NCBI GenBank assembly: GCA_963791435.1
Contig: CAWBSL010000003.1
Location: forward strand, 421,035-485,034
DNA: 64,000 nt
Reading direction: 5' to 3'
Origin: Candidatus Dormiibacterota bacterium
GTDB taxonomy: Bacteria > Chloroflexota > Dormibacteria > Aeolococcales > Aeolococcaceae
The notes under the pieces are model-generated. The model made no database searches, had not been told where the DNA came from, and saw only the letters and a program-made list of their open reading frames with translations. Below, one piece after another: positions 1 through 9,734 of the stretch (position 1 is the stretch's first letter; each line of letters starts with the position of its first letter). The translations under genes and the position numbers were made by a program.

Positions 1-3000
1 ATCAACCGCTCCTCGAGGCGATCCCGATGTTTGCCCAGGTGGCGATCCTCGCGCTGGGCGGGTGGCTCGCCCTCCAGCACGACATCACGCTCGGCACGTT
101 CCTGGCGTTTTCGACCTATGTCACGCAGCTCATGGCGCCGGCCCGCCAGCTCGCCGGCGTCCTGACCATCGGCCAGCAGGCTCGAGCGGGACTTGAGCGG
201 ATCTTCCAGCTCCTCGACCTCCCGCCGGCGATCGCCGACAAAGCTGATGCAGTCGACTTGCCCGAGCTCCGCGGCGACATCCATTTCTCGAATGTCCACT
301 TCCGATACGGCGACGGTGATCCGGTTCTTCAGGGCGTGGACCTGCACATCACGCCGGGCGAGCGCGTTGCCATCGTCGGTCCGAGCGGGAGCGGGAAGTC
401 GACGCTCGCGATGCTGGTCCCGCGCTTCTACGATCCCACCGAGGGAACGGTGTTCATCGATGGGCACGATGTCCGCGATGTCACGCTCCGATCCCTGCGC
501 CGCCAGGTGGGCGTTGTCTTCGAGGACAGCTTCCTTTTCTCCGATTCGGTGCGAGCCAATATCGCGTACGGGCATCCCGATGCCACCGATGAACAGATCG
601 AGGCGGCGGCCCGCGCCGCGCAGGCGCACGACTTCATCACCGAGCTGCCGCGCGGTTACGACACCGCAATCGGTGAGCGGGGACTGACGCTCTCGGGTGG
701 GCAGCGCCAGCGCGTCGCGCTAGCGCGGGCGATCCTCTATGACCCGCGCATCCTGATCCTCGACGACGCCACGAGCGCGATCGATGCGCGGGTCGAGGCC
801 GCGGTGCACGACGCGTTGCGAGCAGTGATGGCTGACCGGACGACGCTGCTCATCGCGCATCGCCAGTCCACGCTGCATCTCGCCGACAGGATCGTCGTGC
901 TGTCCGACGGTCTCGTGGTGGAGTCCGGCACCCATGCGGAGCTCATTGCTCGAAGCGCGCTCTATCGAACGCTCGTGTCCGGCCTCGAGGAGCTCGACGC
1001 CGAGAAGATCGGTGACTCGATCGAGGCGCTTGCGACCATCGCGTCCGCGGCCGGAGCGGACGGTATCACCGCGTCCGCTTGGGCGGGTGACTGGCAGCGT
1101 TCGGGCAGCAGGACCGCAGCACGGTCGACCGGCGCATCCATCGGCGCGCCCTCGCTCGGCCCGGGTCTCGGTGGCGGCGGGGGCGGCTGGAGGCTCAACC
1201 TCGCGCCAACGCCCGAGCTGCTCGCGCGCGTGGCGCGGCTCCGCCCGGTGCGCGACGTGGCGAAGGTGAACCTGGAGTACGAGTCGCGCCACGACAAGCA
1301 CTTCACGCTGTTGCGACTCCTCCGCGAGTTCCGCCGTCCGTTGTTGCTCGGGCTCGTGCTCGTGATCATCGACGGCGTAGCGACGCTTGCAGGCCCGGTG
1401 CTGGTGAAGACAGGTCTCGATAACGGGGTGGCGAAGGGATCGTCCTTCGTGCTCTTCGCCGCTGCCGGCGTGTTCCTGCTCGTGACGTGCATCGACCTCA
1501 TCGACGAGATCGCCGAGACGTTTGTCACCGGGCGCGCGGCGCAGCGAATCATGCTGTCGCTCCGCATCCGAATCTGGGCGCAGCTGCAACGGCTTTCGCT
1601 CGACTACTACGAGCGCGAGATGGCGGGTCGAATCATGACCCGAATGACCACCGACGTCGACCAGTTCGAATCACTCATCGAGAACGGGCTGCTCAGCGCG
1701 CTCGTCTCCATCGTGACGTTCGTCGGCGTTGGCGTGGCGCTCGTGGTCATCAACACGGAGCTCGGACTCTGGACGCTGTCGGTCGCGATCCCGCTCGCCA
1801 TTGCCACAGTCATCTTCCGGCAGAGGGCCGCACGCCTCTACAGCATGTCGCGTGAGCGAATCGCCATCGTCAACGCCGATTTCCAGGAGAGCCTGTCCGG
1901 CGTGCGCGAGTTGCAGGCGTTCGTGCACGAGGGCGCTGCGATGGCGCAGTTCCACAGGCTCGGCCGCTCGTACCTCGAGACGCGTGTCGCTGCACAGCGG
2001 CTCGTCGCGACGTATTTCCCGTTCGTGCAGTTCATGTCAGCTGTGGCGGATGCGATCGTGCTCGGAGTCGGCGCGCGGCTCATCGAGACCGGATACCTCA
2101 CGTCGGGCGCGTTGATCGCGTTCCTGCTCTACATCGACCTCTTCTTCTCGCCGATCCAGCAGCTGTCGCAGGTCTTCGACGCGTGGCAGCAGACGCGCGT
2201 TTCGGTAGGGCGCATCTCCGAGCTCATGCAGCTCGACACGCTCACACCGGACCCAGTCGTGCCTGAGGAAACCGGCCGGCTGCATGGCGATATCAGCCTC
2301 GACCACGTCCGGTTCTCGTATCCGGTGCCGGCTGCGCGTGCCGGCTTCGAGGGAGCGCGTCCCGTCGATCGACGGGGGCCTCAGGATCCGCGCTTTCTCG
2401 TCTCTCGGGACGCCGCGTGGCGGAAGCCTCCGGAGGCGTTGAAAGGCATCGACCTGCGAATCGCCGCCGGCGAGACCGTCGCATTGGTCGGGGAGACCGG
2501 GGCGGGCAAGTCAACCGTCATGAAGCTGCTCGCGCGCTTCTACGACCCCGATGACGGCAGCGTCAACGTCGACGGCCACGACCTTCGCGCGATCGGTCTG
2601 CACGACTTCCGCCTGCAGCTGGGCTACGTGCCCCAGGAGGCATTCCTCTTCTCGGGCACGGTCCGAGACAACATCGCGTATGGACGCCCAGAGGCGAGCG
2701 ATGCCGAGGTGGAGTCGGCAGCGCGCGCGGTAGGTGCCCACGATTTCATCGCGCATCTCGCCGGTGGCTATCACCACGAGCTGACCGAGCGCGGCCGATC
2801 CCTGTCGTCAGGTCAGCGCCAGCTCATCGCGCTTGCCCGGGCCGAGCTGGTGGACCCGGTGTTGCTGCTGCTCGATGAGGCCACCTCGAACCTCGACCTC
2901 GTGACCGAGGCACACGTTGCGGCCGCGATGCAGGAGGTTTCGCAAGGCCGCACGACGGTGGTCATCGCGCACCGGCTGCAGACCGCGAAGGCGGCCGACC

Positions 3001-3140
3001 GCATCATCGTCCTGCACAGCGGGGAGGTGGTGGAGGCGGGTACGCATAACGAGCTGCTCGCGAAGCGGGGTACGTACGCCGCGATGTGGGACGTGTTCGA
3101 CGTCGTGGGCGGCACGACGCCGACGCCTCAGCGCCGCTAG
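1..3140 (+). CDS. Fused full-length ABC exporter (TMD-NBD-TMD-NBD in one polypeptide); 5' end lies outside the window
   Basis: The reading frame is open from base 3. Two Walker A motifs (GPSGSGKST, GETGAGKST) and two ABC signatures (LSGGQRQR, LSSGQRQL) are present, and a second six-helix TMD starts near LLRLLREFRRPLLLGLVLVIIDG. A Gly-rich linker (GGGGGGW) joins the halves with no stop codon. Confidence 0.85.
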   Translation, partial: QPLLEAIPMFAQVAILALGGWLALQHDITLGTFLAFSTYVTQLMAPARQLAGVLTIGQQARAGLERIFQLLDLPPAIADKADAVDLPELRGDIHFSNVHFRYGDGDPVLQGVDLHITPGERVAIVGPSGSGKSTLAMLVPRFYDPTEGTVFIDGHDVRDVTLRSLRRQVGVVFEDSFLFSDSVRANIAYGHPDATDEQIEAAARAAQAHDFITELPRGYDTAIGERGLTLSGGQRQRVALARAILYDPRILILDDATSAIDARVEAAVHDALRAVMADRTTLLIAHRQSTLHLADRIVVLSDGLVVESGTHAELIARSALYRTLVSGLEELDAEKIGDSIEALATIASAAGADGITASAWAGDWQRSGSRTAARSTGASIGAPSLGPGLGGGGGGWRLNLAPTPELLARVARLRPVRDVAKVNLEYESRHDKHFTLLRLLREFRRPLLLGLVLVIIDGVATLAGPVLVKTGLDNGVAKGSSFVLFAAAGVFLLVTCIDLIDEIAETFVTGRAAQRIMLSLRIRIWAQLQRLSLDYYEREMAGRIMTRMTTDVDQFESLIENGLLSALVSIVTFVGVGVALVVINTELGLWTLSVAIPLAIATVIFRQRAARLYSMSRERIAIVNADFQESLSGVRELQAFVHEGAAMAQFHRLGRSYLETRVAAQRLVATYFPFVQFMSAVADAIVLGVGARLIETGYLTSGALIAFLLYIDLFFSPIQQLSQVFDAWQQTRVSVGRISELMQLDTLTPDPVVPEETGRLHGDISLDHVRFSYPVPAARAGFEGARPVDRRGPQDPRFLVSRDAAWRKPPEALKGIDLRIAAGETVALVGETGAGKSTVMKLLARFYDPDDGSVNVDGHDLRAIGLHDFRLQLGYVPQEAFLFSGTVRDNIAYGRPEASDAEVESAARAVGAHDFIAHLAGGYHHELTERGRSLSSGQRQLIALARAELVDPVLLLLDEATSNLDLVTEAHVAAAMQEVSQGRTTVVIAHRLQTAKAADRIIVLHSGEVVEAGTHNELLAKRGTYAAMWDVFDVVGGTTPTPQRR

Positions 3141-3147
3141 CTACGCG

Positions 3148-3846
3148 TCAGGGCTGCGCGGCTGCGGCGGGAGGCGGTGCCACCGATGGGTGCCAGGTGG
3201 GTTCGAGACCGGTTGCCACCGCGCCGGCAGCGAGTGCCGCTAGCAGAGCCCATACGATCACTTTCTCCGGTCGGTTGACGGCGGTGGCGGCGAGGCTCCT
3301 CGCAGATGCTCGCAGCGCCTTGCGCAGATACACGGCGACATGCACGAGCACCACGACGCCGAGGGCGATGACCGCAGCGGTATGAATTGCCGCCCAGGTG
3401 CCGTGATCGGTGCCCTCGGCCCAGAGCACGACGCCGCTCGCGGTCGCAAGCACTGCGGCGATGGCCAGCGGTATCGCGATCAGGCGGGGCAGCAACCACG
3501 GCGCGCCGGCTGCCCGGTACGCCCCGCGCCGGAAGTAGTAGCTGATCGCCCGCCAGGCCGTGCTCGCGAGCTTGACCACGAGGAGGGGAATCAGCGCGAA
3601 CCCGAGGGCGAAGTGCACCGGCCGCAGTGGGGTGAACGCGAGCCCGCTCAGGTACAGGAGCACCAGTGCGAACGCGATGATCAGCCCGGCGTGCGAGGTG
3701 AGGATCAGGTTGCCGATCACCTGCGGCCGGGGGGTTGGATGCGGGCCATCCTCGAGAACGTCGAGCGCATGACCGAGGCCGCCTCGCGGGGTTGCGGCGA
3801 CGTCAGCCGCATCGTTGGTCGGCGTGCCGGAAGGGGTCCCCACCAC
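3148..3846 (-). CDS. Polytopic membrane protein of unknown function, with His residues inside the predicted helices
   Basis: 232-aa ORF with 4-5 hydrophobic helices (e.g. LILTSHAGLIIAFALVLLYL, AAIHTAAVIALGVVVLVHVAVYL). It lies directly downstream of the thioredoxin gene on the same strand. No family was recognised. Confidence 0.5.
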   Translation of the reverse strand: MVGTPSGTPTNDAADVAATPRGGLGHALDVLEDGPHPTPRPQVIGNLILTSHAGLIIAFALVLLYLSGLAFTPLRPVHFALGFALIPLLVVKLASTAWRAISYYFRRGAYRAAGAPWLLPRLIAIPLAIAAVLATASGVVLWAEGTDHGTWAAIHTAAVIALGVVVLVHVAVYLRKALRASARSLAATAVNRPEKVIVWALLAALAAGAVATGLEPTWHPSVAPPPAAAAQP

Positions 3847-3902
3847 ACGACTGTACCGATCCCGGCGTGTCGAACCCCCTTGCGCCGAGGGAGGCCCGGG
3901 GA

Positions 3903-4232
3903 CTACGCGGCGATCTGGAGTGCCTCGTCGATGAACGCGAGGAGCCGGCCCTTCGAAAGGAATCCGATCGTCTGCCGGACCGGCTCACCGCCGACAAAGA
4001 GGAGGAGGGTGGGCAGCGACATCACGCGATATTTCGCCTGGATCACGGGATTGACGTCGACGTCCAGTGTGCGCACCTCCAGGTGGTCCGACCGCTCCTC
4101 GGCGACCTCGTCGAGGATGGGCGCGAGCATCCGGCACGGCGGGCACCACGAAGCGCCGAACTCGACCAGCACCGGGGTCCTTGATGCGAGCACGTCGGCA
4201 TCAAATGTTGCGTCGTCGACGGTCTTGATCAT
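3903..4232 (-). CDS. Thioredoxin (WCPPC active site)
   Basis: MIKTVDDATFDADVL...FGASWCPPCRMLAPILDE... shows the thioredoxin fold signature. ATG at 4232 is preceded by GGAGAG. The longer ORF-track start at 4376 adds non-protein-like sequence. Confidence 0.9.
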   Translation of the reverse strand: MIKTVDDATFDADVLASRTPVLVEFGASWCPPCRMLAPILDEVAEERSDHLEVRTLDVDVNPVIQAKYRVMSLPTLLLFVGGEPVRQTIGFLSKGRLLAFIDEALQIAA

Positions 4233-4246
4233 TGGGGCTCTCCTGA

Positions 4247-4591
4247 TCACTGGCGGGTGGTGACCGCCTTGTAGGCGGCGCAATTCGAGAAGGTGTGCGT
4301 GGCGGTGCGAGCGCGTGAAGGCCGGCCACGTGCAGGCGGCGGCGGGTTCTGATCCTCGGCCGCGTAGCGGTCCCATACCGACTGGCGCGACATGCCGAGG
4401 AGGTCCGCGATGTCCTGCCAGCTCATCCCCTCGGCGCGCGCCGCGAGGACGGTGGATGCGCGCTTGCTCCCGAGCAGCACGGCGACCGACCGCAGGGCCA
4501 CCAGGCGGTCCTCAGTCTCCAGGGAGTTGAGCTCCTGGAGCACCGATGCCACGGCGGCATCGGCCTTGGGCGTCGAGGTCGAGTAGGTCAT
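4247..4591 (-). CDS. Small helix-turn-helix DNA-binding protein, first gene of the HTH-thioredoxin-membrane protein operon
   Basis: 114-aa ORF. MSWQDIADLLGMSRQSVWDRY reads as an HTH motif. Its ATG directly abuts an extended -10 box and a palindrome. Confidence 0.6.
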   Translation of the reverse strand: MTYSTSTPKADAAVASVLQELNSLETEDRLVALRSVAVLLGSKRASTVLAARAEGMSWQDIADLLGMSRQSVWDRYAAEDQNPPPPARGRPSRARTATHTFSNCAAYKAVTTRQ

Positions 4592-4631
4592 ATGTCAATT
4601 ATACATGACATAGAACGAACTCAAGCGCGGG
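4592..4631 (-). promoter_or_regulatory. Extended -10 promoter (TGTATAAT) with palindrome ATGTCA-N8-TGACAT abutting the ATG; predicts a leaderless mRNA
   Basis: Minus strand reads CTTGAGTtcgttctATGTCATGTATAATTGACAT followed immediately by ATG (4591). TATAAT ends 6 nt before the start codon. The palindrome spans 4592-4611. Confidence 0.45.
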
Positions 4632-5556
4632 CGGGTCTCCTGCTGGTCAATCGGCGTGGGAGCCTCGCGCCGCGGGTCACAGCGACGCCGGCGAGGCAGA
4701 GGACGCCGCCGACGAGCGCGAGCGCCGGCGGCACGTCACCGAGGATCAACCAGCCCATGAGAATGGTCACGGGTGGAACCAGGTATGCCATCGCGCCCAT
4801 GCGTCCGCCGCTGGTTCGCGCCAGGGCGTACGCCCAGAAGGTGAAGCCGATGGAGGTTGGAAACAGGCCGAGGTAGAGCATCCACGCGTCGGCACCGGCA
4901 TTCGAGGCGCCGAGGTCGTGCACGAGCTGTGGCGCGAACGGCAGGCAGACGACGGCGCCGATCGTGCAGGCGAGCCACGTGATGGTGAGCGCCGAATTGC
5001 GCCGCAGCAGCGGCTTCTCCGCGGTGACGCCACCCGCGTACGCGGCCGCAGCGACGATGCAGAGGAGCGCGCCGAGGCCGGCCTGAAGACCATGGTTCGA
5101 CGTCGCGAAGCCGATGATCACCGCGCCCAGGAACCCGATCGTGCAGCCCACCACCACACGGCGCGGGAAGCCCTCAGCCAGGAAGAGACCGCTCAAGATG
5201 GCGACGAACACCGGACCGACGTTAACCAGCATCGCGGCGGTCCCAGCGTCGACGAGTCGCTCTGCCTGGTTGAGGACGATGTTGTAGACGCCGAACCAGA
5301 GCAGGCCGCAAACGAGCAGTCCGGGGAGGTCGGCGCGCCGTGGCAGCGGCTGCTTGCGCGCGAGCGTCAGGATGCCGAGCGCGACGCTCCCGACCGCCAG
5401 ACGTCCCAGTGCGAGCGATCCCGGCGACAGCACACGGCCCGCGGCACGGATCCCGACGAACGCAGACGCCCAGAGGACGACGGTGGCCAGCGCTGCGGCA
5501 AGCGCGAGCCGTCGCTCGGACTGCGGGACCACCTGAACGGCCGGGGTGAAAACCAT
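4621..5556 (-). CDS. EamA/DMT family transporter
   Basis: 311 aa, about 10 TM helices, two EamA-like repeats (LWASAFVGIRAA..., GGRMGAMAYLVPPVTILMGWLILGD). The start is uncertain because the ORF overlaps the ORF-track start of the divergent NUDIX gene. Confidence 0.85.
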   Translation of the reverse strand: MVFTPAVQVVPQSERRLALAAALATVVLWASAFVGIRAAGRVLSPGSLALGRLAVGSVALGILTLARKQPLPRRADLPGLLVCGLLWFGVYNIVLNQAERLVDAGTAAMLVNVGPVFVAILSGLFLAEGFPRRVVVGCTIGFLGAVIIGFATSNHGLQAGLGALLCIVAAAAYAGGVTAEKPLLRRNSALTITWLACTIGAVVCLPFAPQLVHDLGASNAGADAWMLYLGLFPTSIGFTFWAYALARTSGGRMGAMAYLVPPVTILMGWLILGDVPPALALVGGVLCLAGVAVTRGARLPRRLTSRRPARA

Positions 5557-6115
5557 CCGCGAAGCCTATCCCGCGAACGGTTCGGCGGTGGCGGAAGTAT
5601 CTCCGCTGTACGGTTGGGTGGTGGGAACCGATTTCGACGACGCACCGGTTCGAGCGGCCGCCCGCGCGCTCATCGTTGACTCCGAAGACCGCGTGCTGCT
5701 CTTTCGAGGTGAGCTCCCCGACCGCCACCCGTGGTGGTTCGCACCTGGCGGCGCGCTGGATGCCGGCGAGACGTACGAGGCTGCCGTGGTTCGCGAGGTG
5801 ATGGAGGAGACCGGTCTTGCCGTTGACATCACGACGCTCTCATCGCCTGTGTGGTTGCGTGATGTCGCCTTTCCTTGGAACGGAGTTGTCGAGCGACACG
5901 TCGAGGAGTACTTCCTGATACGCGTCGATTCGCATCAGGTTGATACCACGGGGTTCGAGCCGGAGGAGGCTGCAATGATCAGAGCGCATCGCTGGTGGAC
6001 TCTCGATGCAATCATCAAGAGTGACGAGATCTTCGCTCCCGCAGACTTTGGCGCACGTCTCGAAGAGCTGCTGCGATGGGAGGTGCCGGAAACACCCGTG
6101 GTGGTAGGGGAGTGA
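5546..6115 (+). CDS. NUDIX hydrolase
   Basis: Nudix box GALDAGETYEAAVVREVMEETGL matches GX5EX7REUXEEXGU. The true start may be GTG 5588 rather than 5546. Confidence 0.85.
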   Translation: MKTIREAYPANGSAVAEVSPLYGWVVGTDFDDAPVRAAARALIVDSEDRVLLFRGELPDRHPWWFAPGGALDAGETYEAAVVREVMEETGLAVDITTLSSPVWLRDVAFPWNGVVERHVEEYFLIRVDSHQVDTTGFEPEEAAMIRAHRWWTLDAIIKSDEIFAPADFGARLEELLRWEVPETPVVVGE

Positions 6116-6122
6116 TGGCGCA

Positions 6123-7409
6123 TTACAGCGACGTGATGAGCAGCCCGAGGGCTGCAGCGGTCATCACGCCGGTGGTGAGCCAGAGCAGCACGTTGCTCAG
6201 CGCGCCATTGGTCTGGTCTTGCATGACCGTACGGTCGCGACCGAGCAGGGCGATGAGCGCGAGCATCGGCGGCGCGACGATGCCGTTGATGATGGCGGTG
6301 AACACCAGCGCCTTGATCGGGTCAATCCCGAGCAGGCTGATCACGAGCCCTCCCGCGAGTGCGCACGTGAGGACAGCGTAGAAGGCGGGTCGCGACCGTG
6401 CCTTGTCTGCAAGCGTGCCCTTCATGCCGAAGAACTCCTTGACAGCGTAGGTCGCGGAGCCACTGAGGATTGGAATCGCGAGGATTCCCGTCCCGATGAT
6501 CCCCACGGAGAAGAGGATGAACGCGAACGGTCCGGCAATCGGCTGCAGCGCCTGCGCCGCCTGCGCGGCGGTCGCCACGTTGGTATGACCGGACGCGTGG
6601 AGCACGGCTGCTCCCGTCAGGATGATGGAGAACATCACGACCTGCGAGTACCCCATCCCGACGAGCACGTCGACACGTGCATCGTGCATCTCCTGCCGGC
6701 TCACTCCCTGGCGCTCGACCTCGGTGTCGAGGCCGCGATCGACCATCTCGTCAACCTCGGAGCTCGCCTGCCAGAAGAACAGGTATGGCGAGATCGTCGT
6801 TCCGAGGATGGCCACGATGATCCCGATGAACCCTGCACTGAGCTGGATGTGCGGAGTGATCGTGGACTCGATCGTCATGAGAAAGGGTGGGTGCGACACG
6901 ATGACCGTCACCACATAGGCGAAGAGGGCGAGCGTCAGGAACTTGAAGACCCGAAAGATCACTGCGTACGAAAGCTCGTACTGGAGCACGAGGATGACCA
7001 CCGCAATTGGCGCAAGGAACCACGCCGCGTTCACGTGGCCGCGCGTGAGCAGGGATCCGGCGGCCGCCACCGCACCGAGGTCCGCGCCGACGTTGATCAT
7101 ATTGGCGAGGAAGAGCGCGGCGATACAAGCACCAACCAGCGACGTCGGAAACTTCCTTCGCAGTGAGACGCCAAGTCCCACGCCGGTCTGCAGCGCGATG
7201 CGTGCGCATGCCTCCTGGACCGCGAGCATCAACGGCAACGTGAAGAGCGCCGTCCAGAGCACGCTGTAGCCGAACTGGCTTCCCGCCTGGCTGTACGTGC
7301 CGATCCCGCTCGGATCGTCGTCACTCGCGCCGGTGATCAGGCCCGGCCCGAGGAGTTTCAGGACGCCGAGCACACGCTTGATCGTGCCGTGCGGTTTCGG
7401 GTGCGTCAC
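6123..7409 (-). CDS. NRAMP-family divalent metal cation transporter
   Basis: 428 aa. N-terminal GPGLITGASDDDPSGIGTYSQAG motif and about 11 TM helices. GTG start at 7409. Confidence 0.9.
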   Translation of the reverse strand: MTHPKPHGTIKRVLGVLKLLGPGLITGASDDDPSGIGTYSQAGSQFGYSVLWTALFTLPLMLAVQEACARIALQTGVGLGVSLRRKFPTSLVGACIAALFLANMINVGADLGAVAAAGSLLTRGHVNAAWFLAPIAVVILVLQYELSYAVIFRVFKFLTLALFAYVVTVIVSHPPFLMTIESTITPHIQLSAGFIGIIVAILGTTISPYLFFWQASSEVDEMVDRGLDTEVERQGVSRQEMHDARVDVLVGMGYSQVVMFSIILTGAAVLHASGHTNVATAAQAAQALQPIAGPFAFILFSVGIIGTGILAIPILSGSATYAVKEFFGMKGTLADKARSRPAFYAVLTCALAGGLVISLLGIDPIKALVFTAIINGIVAPPMLALIALLGRDRTVMQDQTNGALSNVLLWLTTGVMTAAALGLLITSL

Positions 7410-7439
7410 AGAGTTCTGGCATCGCTGTGGAGTTGGGGG

Positions 7440-9630
7440 CTAGGTTCGTCTTGTGCCGGACGCATGCTCGGCGGCAGCGTCAAGCGCGTGCCTGAGCACG
7501 ACAAGGGAGTGCGCCTGCATGGGGAGCTCGTCGCCCTGGTGATGCGTGCTCGAGCCGCGGTGACCCTCGGGGTCGTCCGAGTCCAGGATGAGACCCCAGC
7601 CGCCCTTCCAACCTGAGGGCATCTTCCACGTGATCGGCACGTCGCCACTGTGGAGCAGGACCATCAACGAGTTCGCCCGAGATGCGGTGACCGCGTGGAT
7701 CGCGATCGGGGATCTCTTCGCCATTGAGGATCATGCCAACGGAACGCTCGCCATCGTTGTCCCAGTCACCGTCGGTGAACTCCTCACCGTTGGGCAGCAG
7801 CCAGATGATGTCCTTGCGTCCCGAACGACGGGTTGCCTCGCCCGAGAAGAACCGCTTGCGCCGCAGCACCGGTTGTTCGCGTCGCAGCGCAACGACGCGT
7901 TGCACGTACCGCAGCATCACCGAGTCCAACGACGACCAGTCAAGCCAGGACAGCTCGTTGTCCTGACAGTACGCATTGTTGTTGCCCTGCTGGGTTCGGC
8001 CGATCTCGTCGCCGGCGCAGATCATCGGGCAGCCCTGGGAGAGCAGGACGGTTGCGATCAGGTTGCGGCGCTGGCGGTCGCGCAGGGTACGGATCTCGTC
8101 GTCATCGGTCTCACCCTCGGCACCGCAGTTCCATGAGCGGTTGTCGTTGGCGCCGTCGTCGTTGCCCTCGCCGTTGGCCTCGTTGTGCTTCTTGTTGTAC
8201 GACACGAGGTCGCGGAGCGTGAAGCCGTCGTGCGCCGTGACGAAGTTAATGCTCGCCCACGGGTGGCGACCGTCCCATTCGTATAGGCTGCTGGATCCGG
8301 TCAGGCAGTTCGCGATGTCGCGAACGCCTCCGGCCTCGCCGCGCCAGAAATCGCGGACGGTGTCGCGGTACGCGCCATTCCACTCGGCCCAGCGCACCGG
8401 GAAATTGCCGACGTGATAGCCGCCTTCGCCCACGTCCCACGGCTCCGCAACGAGCTTGACCCTCGACAGCACCGGGTCCTGATGAATGATGTCGAAGAAT
8501 GCGGAGAGCCGGTCGACGTCGTAGAACTGGCGCGCGAGCGCGGCTGCCAGGTCGAAACGGAAGCCGTCGACGTGCATCTCGGTCACCCAGTATCGAAGGC
8601 TGTCGGTGATCAATTGCAGGGTGATCGGACTGCTGACGTTGAGGCTGTTGCCGGTCCCGGTGACGTCGAAATAGAAGCGTGGCTCCTCCTCGACGAGCCG
8701 GTAGTAGGACGGGTTGTCGATGCCGCGAAAGCTCACCGTCGGGCCGAGGTGGTTGCCCTCCCCGGTGTGGTTGTACACGACATCCAGGATCACTTCGAGC
8801 CCGGCGGCGTGCAGCGCTCGCACCATCGCCTTGAACTCGCGGACCTGGTCGCCGTTGCCGCCTCCGGCCGAATAGCGACTCTCTGGCGAAAAGTATCCGA
8901 CCGAGTCGTACCCCCAGTAGTTCACCAGACCGCGATCGACGAGGTGGCCCGCATCGATGAAGTGGTGCACCGGCATGAGTTCGACCGCTGTCACTCCCAG
9001 CTGTTGCAGGTACTCGAGGGAGCTCGGGTGCGCAAGGCCCGCATACGTACCCCGCAGGTCCTCCGGGATGTCCGGATGACGCATCGTGAAGCCCTTGACG
9101 TGCAACTCGTAGATGACCGTGTCGGCCCACGCCGTATCGGGTCTGTGGTCATCGCCCCACGGAAAGCTCTTGTCGACAACCACACTCTTCGGCATGGCCG
9201 TCCGCGAATCGATGTCGCTGGCAACGAGATCGTCGCCGTCGAACGAGTAGCCGAAGAGCGCCGGCCCCTGCCGGAACCGACCCGCAATCGCCCGAGCATA
9301 GGGATCGAGCAGCAGTTTTTTCGGGTTGTGACGAAGACCGTGGAGCGGATCGTACGTCCCGTGGACTCGGAGCCCGTATCGCTGCCCCGGGCCGACCTGG
9401 TCGATGTACCCGTGCCAGACCAGATCGGTGCGCTCCTGCAGCTCATACACTGCCGTCTCAACTCCGTCGTCGTCGAGCAGCACGACGTCCACAGCCTCTG
9501 CCGAAGCCGAGTACACGGCGAAGTTCGTTCCCTCCCCATCCCACGTGGCACCGAGCGGCGACTCGCTCCCGGGCCATGCCTGGTGGCGCGGATTCGCGCG
9601 GCTCCCAGTACGACGGCTCGCCGTGGTCAT
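7440..9630 (-). pseudogene. glgX: Glycogen debranching enzyme GlgX with an apparent 1-nt frameshift near its C-terminus (possible assembly error)
   Basis: GH13 motifs are present ([41 protein letters not shown]). The main ORF 7480-9630 turns non-protein-like after ...DPRGHRI. The authentic C-terminus ([16 protein letters not shown]...SLVVLRH) continues in ORF 7440-7724. The junction lies at the CCC run 7676-7678. Confidence 0.85.
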
Positions 9631-9660
9631 TGCGGCGCAATGATGGCGCAGCGCCGAAAA

Positions 9661-9706
9661 TTGATAGGATCACGTGTATAAATGCTGATAGTACCGCTGA
9701 TAGTAC
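9661..9706. repeat. AT-rich divergent glgX/treY control region with tandem 12-nt repeat GCTGATAGTAC(C/G) x2 plus a third TGATAG copy
   Basis: GCTGATAGTAC occurs at 9684-9694 and 9696-9706, and TTGATAGG at 9661-9668. On the minus strand these read as TACTAT/CTATCA -10-like boxes. Confidence 0.4.
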
Positions 9707-9734
9707 GCGAATTCGGCTCGCTCCGGCAGCGCTT

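Noticed and set aside
720-1589. Long antisense or out-of-frame ORFs throughout the ORF track. Examples: 720-1589(-), 10167-11180(-), 11852-13234(-), 24296-25324(-), 30563-31573(-), 47696-48637(-), 48670-49725(-), 51543-52691(-), 54748-56166(-), 56327-57769(-), 61360-62505(-).
   Set aside because: They lie opposite or out of frame to genes with clear family motifs. Their translations are Arg/Pro/Gly/Ala-rich low-complexity sequence, typical of shadow ORFs in high-GC DNA.
4605-4625. Possible classical HspR HAIR site, because ACTCAAG occurs at 4619-4625.
   Set aside because: Only one half-site is present. The position of the partner half (4605-4611, ATGACAT) does not match CTTGAGT.
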